The notes below the pieces were generated by a model. That model saw only the letters and a program-made list of their open reading frames with translations. It did no database searches and was not told the origin of the DNA. Positions 55,627 through 64,000 of a stretch of 64,000 nt of DNA are shown here, piece after piece. The stretch's first letter is position 1, and each line of letters begins with the position of its first letter. Made by a program: the position numbers and the translations under genes. The DNA is taken from contig CAWBWI010000001.1 of assembly GCA_963792585.1 (NCBI GenBank), forward strand, positions 1,248,001-1,312,000, in the 5' to 3' direction. This DNA comes from Candidatus Eiseniibacteriota bacterium (lineage in GTDB: Bacteria; Eisenbacteria; RBG-16-71-46; CAIMUX01; VGJL01).

Positions 55627-55664
55627 GCGTTCTCGCAGGATTCCGCAGCGCGGCATCGAAAGGA

Positions 55665-55693
55665 CCGCCGGTGGGGCATGACCCTACCGGCGG
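55665..55693. terminator. Hairpin between convergent genes
   Basis: CCGCCGGTGGGG-CATG-ACCCTACCGGCGG. Confidence 0.6.
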
Positions 55694-55713
55694 CCCCATT
55701 CACGGCGAGAGGT

Positions 55714-56040
55714 TCACTGCTCTTGGGCAGTGATCTCCACCGCGCGCGATTCCTGGGACCTGCCGTCGGGACCGACCATTTCCATGAACATGGTGAGGGT
55801 GTACTCGGTCTCGCTGACCCAGCGAATCTCCTCGCGAACGACAATCTCCTTCCCCCGCGCAGGGTCAATCGATGCCCATCCCCTCGAAGGGCATCCCTGC
55901 GGTCTCCCCCTTGCAGGTGCCCTTCAGCTGGCGGCCACGGAGGATCCACTCGTAGGTCGATGGTCCCATAGTGACCACGGGTTCAAGAGCGGGAGGAATC
56001 CAAAGCTCCCATCGCCATAACCGATGAACAACTAGCATGT
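55714..56040 (-). pseudogene. DUF1579-like gene remnant with internal deletion
   Basis: EWILRGRQL...GETAGMPFEGMGID* followed in another frame by DPARGKEIVVREEIRWVSE...MFMEM.GPDG....AVEI...*. Confidence 0.55.
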
Positions 56041-56113
56041 TACTGAATAGGACCTGGCCGAGTCTGGACTGCGGCAAGCCTCCCGAAGCGGCGGCGGCCA
56101 CAGTCAGCCTTGC

Positions 56114-56142
56114 TTGACAATTGGGACACCGGTGCTTATACT
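56114..56142 (+). promoter_or_regulatory. Near-consensus sigma-70 promoter
   Basis: TTGACA-N17-TATACT. Confidence 0.75.
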
Positions 56143-56287
56143 TAGTTTCAATTCTACGGAGCCTGCGGGGTCGCAGAGCTGTTCTTCTCCAAGCTTCACG
56201 CTCAGCGGAATACTCATGTACGGACTGGGCTGAAGATCGGAGACAGGCAAGTGCCGGTCCCAGCACCGGAGAGACGGAGCGCGTGAG

Positions 56288-57043
56288 ATGTCGAAATTGG
56301 GCAAAATCTCGTTGGTCGGATTAATCGTGGCTTTTGCGATGTCGGCGGGAGTCACGCCCTCAGAGGCGTTGATGGTGGATCTGACGACCCTTGGAGCCGG
56401 CGGCTCCATCGGAAACGCGTTTTTCACGCAGGTCAACCATCAGGTGGCCGGTACGGGCGTCAGAGACACCTTCGTTCGAATCGAGAAGAGCGATTGGGAG
56501 CGCGGCATGAACACCGACGGCTCCTATTCGATGGACGAAGTCGCCGGCAGCACGCATTCGATCCGTGTGAGTGATTTCGGAAGGGTCGACCGCGGCGGCG
56601 TGGAGTCGATTCGCTTCCTTCTCAACGTCAACCAGATGGACACGAACCCCCTCGTCTCCCTGGACAAGATGAAGATCTTCGTAGCGCCCAGCGGAGACTA
56701 TCATTCGATCGCGGAACTCAACGACTACGGCACGCTGATCTACGAGATCGGCCAGAGCAACAGGGTCAAGCTCAACTCCGCACTCGAGACGGAGGATGCC
56801 GTCGGCGACATGTTCGCCTACCTCCCATCCAATTTGTTCGCCGGGCACGAAAACGAGTTCCTCTATCTCTACTCGGGTTTTGGTTACAGCGGTGGGAGCC
56901 TGAGCACCAACTCTCGCTGGGAAGAGTGGGCCAATGTCGACCCGCAAGTCCTGACCCCAGTGCCTGAGCCGGCCAGCCTGCTCCTCCTCGGGGGCGGCCT
57001 GATCAGCAGCATGCTATTCCTCCGCCGTCGTCGGTCTGCATAG
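56288..57043 (+). CDS. PEP-CTERM sorting-domain protein
   Basis: Signal peptide; C-terminal VPEPASLLLLGGGLISSMLFLRRRRSA. Confidence 0.92.
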   Translation: MSKLGKISLVGLIVAFAMSAGVTPSEALMVDLTTLGAGGSIGNAFFTQVNHQVAGTGVRDTFVRIEKSDWERGMNTDGSYSMDEVAGSTHSIRVSDFGRVDRGGVESIRFLLNVNQMDTNPLVSLDKMKIFVAPSGDYHSIAELNDYGTLIYEIGQSNRVKLNSALETEDAVGDMFAYLPSNLFAGHENEFLYLYSGFGYSGGSLSTNSRWEEWANVDPQVLTPVPEPASLLLLGGGLISSMLFLRRRRSA

Positions 57044-57074
57044 GCGACGAGAGCGGCATTCGAGTCACAGACTC

Positions 57075-57109
57075 AAGACCGGGGCGGCAGAAGATGCCGC
57101 TCCGGTCTT
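57075..57109 (+). terminator. Intrinsic terminator-like hairpin
   Basis: AAGACCGGGGCGGCA-GAAGA-TGCCGCTCCGGTCTT followed by CATTT. Confidence 0.7.
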
Positions 57110-57162
57110 CATTTGTGGCATCCTACCGGGCGGTCTCCGGAACACGACCCCGGCACGCCATC

Positions 57163-57191
57163 TTGACGCTCTCGTAAGGCCCTCCTACATT
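57163..57191 (+). promoter_or_regulatory. Sigma-70 promoter candidate
   Basis: TTGACG-N17-TACATT. Confidence 0.55.
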
Positions 57192-57255
57192 CGAGCCGAT
57201 ACTCAGATCAGAATGGTCCGGCAAGAGCCGCCCTCACCGCGCTTGGAGGTACTCA

Positions 57256-58485
57256 ATGCGCAGATTCTCATCCCCTCTGACCCTCGTCCTGCTGACGCTG
57301 TTCCTGGGCGCTCTGGCGCTGCCCGCCAGCGGCCAGTTCAAGGGCCTCAAAGACAAGGTCAAGGCCAAGGCCCAGCAGAAGGCCGACGAGAAGATCGACA
57401 AGAAGATCGACGAAGCCACCGAGGGATCGCAAACGGATGAGGCGGGCACCGAGAGTGAGGCCGAGGCGCCCGCCGAAGGAGAGTCGGCGCCGCCCGCGTC
57501 GACCGGTGGTACGGCCACCGCGGAAGACATGACGCTCTACACGAAGTACGACTTCGTCCCGGGCGATAAGGTGATCTTCTTCGACGACCTGTCGTCCGAT
57601 GAACTCGGCGAGTTTCCATCGCGGTGGAAGCTCGACGAGGGCGTCTTCGAAGTCGCCAAGCAGCATGGGCAGCCGTGGATCCTCTGCACCGATGAGGGGA
57701 AGATCCGCCCCAAGATCGCGACCGGTCCCCTTCCCGACAAGTACACCGTGGAGCTGGATTTCTACACCAAGGGCGGCGAAGCCAAGGGCCACTGGTTCTT
57801 CATCAACTGGATCGACGCGGAGGACCGGGAGATCGGGAGTTTCATGATTCAGGACCACGATCACACCCGGCTCAGAATCAATGACAAGGATCTCGCGAGC
57901 AAACAACTGGCGGGGTACCTCAAGCCCGGCAAGCACACGATGCGGGTCATGGCGACCAAGACCACGATGAAGTGCTACATCGATCAGGAGCGGGTAGCGA
58001 ACGTCCCCGCTGTCGATGGATTCTCACCGGTCAGCCTCCAAGTACACTTCGACCCCTGGAAGGACGAGCCGGACAACCCGATGTTGGGGGGCGCATTCCG
58101 GTACGCGGAGGGCGGGAAGACCCTCAAACAACAGCTCGACGAGGCCGGCAAGATCGTGACGCACGGGATTCTCTTCGATTCGGGATCCGATCGGATCAAG
58201 GCCGAGTCGTTCAAGACGCTCGCTGACATCGGCGGGCTCCTGACCGAGAATGCGGCGTTGCGCCTCTCGATCGAGGGACACACGGACGCCGACGGCGCCG
58301 ACGACGCGAACATGACTCTCTCTCAGAAGCGAGCCGAGTCGGTGAAGGCCTATCTGTCAGGCAACTACAAGATCGATGCAGCCCGCCTCGAGACCAAGGG
58401 GTGGGGTGAGAGCAAGGCGATCGACATCAACGACACCGCGGAAGGAAAGGCGAACAACCGCCGGGTGGAGTTAGTGAAGCTCTGA
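57256..58485 (+). CDS. OmpA-family peptidoglycan-binding protein
   Basis: Signal peptide; KYDFVPGDKVIFFDD....GEFP.RW; GILFD, IEGHTD.DG...N..LSQKRA, NRRVELVKL. Confidence 0.92.
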   Translation: MRRFSSPLTLVLLTLFLGALALPASGQFKGLKDKVKAKAQQKADEKIDKKIDEATEGSQTDEAGTESEAEAPAEGESAPPASTGGTATAEDMTLYTKYDFVPGDKVIFFDDLSSDELGEFPSRWKLDEGVFEVAKQHGQPWILCTDEGKIRPKIATGPLPDKYTVELDFYTKGGEAKGHWFFINWIDAEDREIGSFMIQDHDHTRLRINDKDLASKQLAGYLKPGKHTMRVMATKTTMKCYIDQERVANVPAVDGFSPVSLQVHFDPWKDEPDNPMLGGAFRYAEGGKTLKQQLDEAGKIVTHGILFDSGSDRIKAESFKTLADIGGLLTENAALRLSIEGHTDADGADDANMTLSQKRAESVKAYLSGNYKIDAARLETKGWGESKAIDINDTAEGKANNRRVELVKL

Positions 58486-58532
58486 CGCAGCGGGCAGAAC
58501 CGTCAACCCCACGGAGGTCCGCGGCCGATTCG

Positions 58533-60454
58533 CTACGGCTTGCGGACCTCTTCGATGATGCGGATGACGATGTTCTCCTTCTCCCGCACCGTCCGCGGAA
58601 CCAGCTTGCCGTTGACGAAGACCATCGGGACGCCCGTGAGCCCGAGAGCCTGTGCGGCGCGCGCATCTTCGTTGATCGCTTCGGTCACCTCGGGCTTCTG
58701 CATTTCCGCGAACAGCTTCGTCGGATCGAGCCCAGCGGCCCGCGTCGCGTCACGGAGGGATTCGTCCGTGAAGGACTGCAGGTTGCGCATGAGCCAGTCG
58801 TGGATCTTCCAGTAGGCGTCCGCTCCGCCGAGCGAGCCCGCCGCCTCCGCCGCCTTCGCCGCCTTCCCCGCCAGGGGGTGCACGGCTTCCGGCCGCAGCT
58901 TCGCGGGCAGCGTGGGGTTGCTGGTCGGATCGATCGGATAGTGGCGGAAGGTGTACTTGATCCCCGACTTCCCCCTGATGTAGTCGCGCACCGCGATGTC
59001 CATCGCCGCGGTGTACGGCTCCTGGAAGTCACCGAAGACAACGACATCGGCCCCCTGGATCCGGCAGGGGCATCCCGAGCGACCACGCCCGTCGATCGAT
59101 CGGAAACGCCCGGACCGGCTGTTCCCGCCAATCGTCGACGTATTTCTGAAGCGCGAGCACCGGTCGATCGGCGCCTGCCGTGAGCGGGGACGGGTTCTTC
59201 GCCGTGACCTCCTCGATCGTCTTCTTCAGGGCCCCGGGAACCTGCCAACCTTTGAACTCGACGCCGTTGACGAAGATCATCGGCGTGAAGAAGAGCCCGA
59301 GGGCGATCCCTTCCTCGCAATCCGACTGGACGCGACGAAGCGTCTCCGCGCCCGTCATGACGGCAACGAATGACTCGACGCTATAGCCCATCTGGGTGAG
59401 GGCGGACTTGAGCTCGGCGTCGGTGAACGTGCCGGAGCGTCCGAAGAGCCAGCGGTGCATCTCCCAGAAGCCCTCATCCCCGGTGAGAATCCCCGCAGCC
59501 TCGGCGGCGCGCGCCGCCCAGCACGCGTTCGGGTGCATCGAGGTCTTGGCGTACCGATTGCAGGGCACGCCGGGGGAGGCTTCCGCGCACATCGGGAAGT
59601 GCATGATCGAGAGCGAGACGTCCTTGCGCGAGGCGAGGATCGCCTCGATCTCCCCCTCGATCCGCTTGCAGTCGGGACACTGATAGTCGGTCAGCATCAC
59701 GACCCGGATCGGGCATGTTTCCGGGCCAAGTCGATAGCGTCCCGTGAAACCGGTGCGACCCCACCTATCGACGACGCGCCCCTCGTTCGGCGACTCGCGC
59801 CTGCGCGAGGATCTGCTCGGTCGACGCGCGCCGCTCCCCCTCGGCCTTCGCGCGCTGATCTCGCTCGAAGCGGGCGTTCGCCACTCCGAGCGCGATGGAG
59901 ACCGCCAGGAAGGCGCACGCCGCCACACCGCCCACCCGATCGAACTGAGCCTGCGTCATGCGAGGACCTCCCGTTTCGATCGTCGCGCCGCCCCGCGCGC
60001 CTCGACTTCGATCATGAGAAGGGTGGCCAGATTCACCGCGTGGATACCGGCGCAGTAGGGACACAGCTTGCGAAGCGCGATCATTACGAAGATGAACAGC
60101 AGCGACGCGGCAGCCCCGAGACGAAGCAGCCAGATCGCAGGCAAGGGAACTGCGGGGCGAGCCAACCCACCCGATGAGCAGGGCGACGAAGTAGGCCACT
60201 CCCACGAAGGAGACAGGCCAGCCGATCCCCGGCAGCGAGCCCCATCGTGTCGCCTCGAGGGCCTCGCAATCGCTCTTGGGGCCGCACCCGGGGAGCCCGC
60301 CGCCGAAGTGCTTCGACACGAGGAAGATCGACAGGATGACGGCGGCTGCGAGGAGCGCTGTGATCGGCCAACCTGCGGCGTCCGAGATCCGGATCGACCG
60401 GATACGCCCCGTTTGAGTGGGACCAGGGTCCCGTCGCGTCGTCTGCTTCGTCAC
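58533..60454 (-). CDS. VKOR-DsbA-DsbA(thioredoxin_4) fusion, frameshifted
   Basis: VKOR loop CGPKSDC and CPYC; first Trx DYQCPDC with HFP and TP.IFVNG; second Trx FGDFQEPYT, HYP, GVP.VFVNG. Confidence 0.8.
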
Positions 60455-60684
60455 CCAGCTACTCCCCTTCCCGACCAAATCCGACGGATACCGGCTCCGT
60501 CCGGCGAGGCGTCTTCCGTCACGTCCCCATCCGCAATGGATAGTACATCAATCGGGCCCCGCGAATGCCATGAGGGCATCGTCTCCGGGGCTGGTCCCGA
60601 AGCCGGATGGACCGTAGAATGATGACGCAATCGAATCGACCGATGATCCGATCGACGCGTCGGTCGGACGGGGTTTTGCAGCCT

Positions 60685-63452
60685 ATGATCGAGCCGCGAA
60701 TCCGGCGATCTCTCAGCATCCTCTTCCTCTCGGCGGCTGCGTCCACTGCCGTCCGAGGTGCCGATGCAGGATCGGTGTCCCCATGGATTGCCCGAATCGA
60801 CTCCCTGAGGGTCGAGAGTCGAGCCGAATCGGCGCTCTCCGTCATTGCCGAAGCACTGCCGATCGCAGAGTCATCGGCGGATTCGACTCTCATCCTCGAA
60901 CTGTGGGTCCGTCAGGGGGAGTTGCAGAGCTCGCTCGGCTTCGCCCGCGAGGGCGAAGCCGTCCTCCGGAGGGCATTGGGTCTCGCCCGGGCCCGGGACG
61001 ACACGGCGAAGGCCTGCGTCGCGCTGCGGTGGCTCAGCGTCGCTGTCGGATCCCAGGGACGCACCGATGAGGCCGCGCAGTTCTGTCGCGTCCTCCTCTC
61101 CCTCGCGCAGACGCGCCGGGACAGGATCCACGAGGCATGGGCGCGCGTGGGCCTGGCCTGGAGCGCGGAGACGATCGGACGAGGCGACGAAGCGCTCGAG
61201 GAGTATCGGCTCGCGTCCGACCTCTTCCACGAGGGCGGCGCCCAACGGGGTGAGGCATGGGCGCGAAACGGCCTGGGGAACGCCCTGGCCGGAATGGGCC
61301 GGTACGACGAGGCGCGCAGGAGCTATCGCGAGGCGGAAGATCTCGCGGAGCGGGCCGGCTATCGGATGGTGGAAGGCCTGGCCGCCAACAACCTCGGGAC
61401 GCTCGAGTACCTACTCGGCGACCCGGGCGCGGCCGTCGAGCATTTCCGCCGCGCGCTCCTGGTCAGGCGAGAGATCCCGAACGTCCGCGAGTGGATCATC
61501 CCGTGTCTGAACCTCGCCCTCTGCGATGCGGACCTTGGCAGACTCGATGCGGCGAGCGACTCGCTGACGGCCATGATCGCCGTGTGCCGCGAAGGGGGCT
61601 ACGCGGATCTCGCCGCGAAGGTAACCAACCAACTTGCCCAGACGCGCGGACTCCAAGGTCGGGCCCGGGAGGCGCGATCGCTCTATCGGTCGACGATCGC
61701 GATGGGCGCGAGGGTCCCGATGAAGAACCGCGTCGAGGCGGCTACGGGGTTGGCCGAGTCGCTCCGGGAGGCCGACAGCACGATCGTGGCACTCCGATTG
61801 CTCGAGCAGACGCTCGCCTGGTTGGACGAGCGGTCGGATCCCACCTGGCGCATCCACATCGACGTCGGGATCGGGGAAGCGAGCCTCGATTTGAAGGATG
61901 CCCCGGGCGCGCTCCCCCACCTGCGGAGGGCGGTCGCGGATGCGCGGCGTTTGAGCCTTCCCGCCATCCACGAGCAGGCGTTGCTCGATCTGGGACGCGC
62001 GTGGCGCGAGGTGAACCGTCCGGACAGCGCGCTCGCGGCCTGGAGCGAAGCCGCCCGCCTGTGGGAAGAAGTTCGCGGCGCTGCATCCGAGCCCGAGTGG
62101 AGGGAAGTCCGCGGCGCTCAGGCGCGTTCCCTGTGCACGGACATGACGTCTCTCCTCCTGGGAGGTGATGCCGGACCCGATCGCCTTCGCGAGGCCTATG
62201 ATCGGGCGCAGAGGTTCAAGACGCGGACCCTGATCGAGAGGATGCAGGGCCCGGCGGGGAAGGCGCGGCCGCCGGATTCGATCGCCACCCTCGAGCGTCT
62301 GCAGGGGGCCATACTCGACTCGAATGAGGTCCTGCTCGACTTCTTCCTCGGGCCGCGCGTCTCATACCTGTTCGCCGTCTCCAGGGATTCGAGCCGGGTC
62401 GCCGTGCTTCCCCCGAGAAGACACTCTCTGCGATGGTCCTCCTCTACCACGACCTGCTTCGGACCCCTCCTTCGGGAGTCGGTTCTCTCCGGGCAATCGA
62501 CGAAGCGGGCCGCAAACTCCACGCCGTGCTGCTTGCCGACGTGCAGGACTTCGTCCGGACACGGCGCAGAATCTACGTATCGCCGGATGGAGTGCTGAAT
62601 CTCATCCCATTCGGTCCGACCGGCACGAGCGATTCTGCCGAATCCGAGTGGATCCGCATCCCCTCGGCCACGGTGCTCGACCTGCTTCGCTCCCGCGCGC
62701 GGCCAACGCAGGAGACGCCGTGCAGTGTCCTCGCATACGCCGACAAGCGTGGCCCCTCGGGCGACCTTCCGGGGGCCGAGCAGGAGGTCGAGCACCTTGT
62801 CAGCAGGTACAGGGACACCGAGGCGCGATTCCTGACGGAAAGGGACACGGTCCGTCTCGATGAGCTGGCCGTCGCGCGCTCGGTTCTACACTTCGCGTCG
62901 CACAGCGAGGCGAACGACCAGCGACCATGGCTCTCGAAGATCGGGCTCGGCGGAGCCGGCCTGAGAGCCGACCAGATCGCGGCGGCACGGATCCCCGTCC
63001 CGCTCGCCGTCCTCGCCTCCTGCCAGACCCAGCATGGACGGGTTCTTTCCGGAGAAGGGACGCTCGGCCTGTCCGCCGCCCTGCTCTCGGCCGGTTCGGA
63101 GTGCGTTGTCGCCACCATTTGGCCCGTGGACGATCGGATCACCGCGCACCTGATGCGCGAGTTCTACGCGGGACTCGCTTCCGGACGGACCGTGGCCGGG
63201 GCGCTCCGCCGGGCACAGGCGGAGATTCGACGCGGTGACCGGACGTCCCACCCCTTCTACTGGGCGGGATTCGTTGCGATCGGGCGGGGGGAACTACGGA
63301 TCCCCCTTCGGGTTCGAACGCAAACCTGGGCCAACCTCGCCGCCATCGCGGCAGGGGCGACGCTTCCGCTTCTTGTCCTGATCCTGTGGTTGCGGAGGTC
63401 CCGACGGAAGCGCTCTGTGATCTTCGGGCCGGGGAAGCGTCTCATGGGATGA
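60685..63452 (+). CDS. TPR-CHAT (caspase-like) protease with N-terminal signal and C-terminal TM, frameshift near 62430
   Basis: TPRs (NGLGNAL, NNLGTL); SPDGVLNLIPF, LPGAEQEV, catalytic HFASH and LASC, WPVDD, HPFYWAGF; TM LAAIAAGATLPLLVLILWL followed by RRSRRKR. Confidence 0.88.
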
Positions 63453-64000
63453 CGAAGCAAGAGCTGGAAGCGCTCCCTGACGAGGAGCTGCTCCGGATCG
63501 GGAGGCGGGATCCCGGGGATCCGCTCGGATCCCGTGCGGTCTCCACCCTGCTGGAGCGCTATCAGGATCGGGTGTACGTATGGTGCTATCGGCTCGTGCG
63601 CGACCACGACCAGGCGCTGGACATGTCTCAGGATGTTCTGCTGAACGCATATCGACGCCTGGGCACGTTCGAGGGGCGATCGGGCTTTGCATCATGGCTC
63701 TTCGTGATCGCGCGCAATCGCTGTCTCAGCGCGCTTCGCCGACCGTCCCTGATATGGGAGGACGAAGGCGCCCTCGATCAGATCGAGGGGCCGAGCGCGC
63801 CGCCCGACGAGGAGTTCGAGAGAAGGCTCGACGAGGAGGAGGTCCTGAATCTGATCCGCATCCACCTGGATCCGATCGAACGCGAGGCGCTGTGGTTGCG
63901 GTGTTACGAGGGCATGCCGGTGGATGAGATCACGCGACTCCTTCGGATCGACGCCGCTACCGGGGCCCGGTCCGTGATCCAGAGGGCGCGGCGAAAGCTC
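63449..64000 (+). CDS. ECF RNA polymerase sigma factor (truncated by window end; not in ORF track)
   Basis: ATGA overlap with the CHAT gene; LLERYQDRVY.WCYRLV.D.D.ALDMSQDVLL.AY..L.TFEGRS.F.SWLF.IARNRC; region 4 EREAL.L..YEGM..DEI...L. Confidence 0.9.
   Translation, partial: MTKQELEALPDEELLRIGRRDPGDPLGSRAVSTLLERYQDRVYVWCYRLVRDHDQALDMSQDVLLNAYRRLGTFEGRSGFASWLFVIARNRCLSALRRPSLIWEDEGALDQIEGPSAPPDEEFERRLDEEEVLNLIRIHLDPIEREALWLRCYEGMPVDEITRLLRIDAATGARSVIQRARRKL

Noticed and set aside
60685..63452. Type III-E CRISPR (Craspase) locus
   Set aside because: No cas7-11 or array in the window, and this CHAT protein looks exported; only the regulatory logic is analogous.

Overview
GC-rich bacterial DNA, gene-dense, with no rRNA, tRNA, CRISPR array or mobile element visible. 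Five secreted proteins share a C-terminal FlgD-Ig/T9SS-like domain and there is one PEP-CTERM protein. This suggests an uncultured diderm of the FCB neighbourhood, e.g. Ca. Eisenbacteria (inference only). Many genes carry indel frameshifts, most densely in 1-14 kb, probably long-read errors. Left to right: (1) 0-7 kb, two ArsR-led metal(loid) operons: ArsP-like permease, small thioredoxin, ArsF-like and ArsG-like genes, then a Cys-Cys-rich MacB/FtsX-type ABC system. (2) 7-15 kb, a hydrogenase-4-like Ehr complex lacking the NiFe cysteines, headed by an HTH-PTS EIIA regulator. (3) 15-22.5 kb, a choice-of-anchor L protein, ABC exporter, RRM protein and diguanylate cyclase. (4) 22.7-33.4 kb, an envelope island around an XylR-N/V4R sigma-54 activator. 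It has three sigma-54 promoters with matching upstream sites, and a PA2779-like double-glycine protein next to a C39 peptidase-TPR-POTRA-beta-barrel fusion. This is the best candidate for an undescribed system. (5) 33.5-40 kb, hsp20-dnaJ-tkt-gnd-zwf-pgl. (6) 40-58.5 kb, secreted propeller proteins, ettA, a GT-C glycosyltransferase, HIRAN protein, ppk2, PEP-CTERM protein and OmpA. (7) 58.5-64 kb, a VKOR-DsbA-DsbA fusion, and an exported TPR-CHAT protease coupled to an ECF sigma factor that is cut by the window end. All family assignments are by visual motif recognition, not database search.
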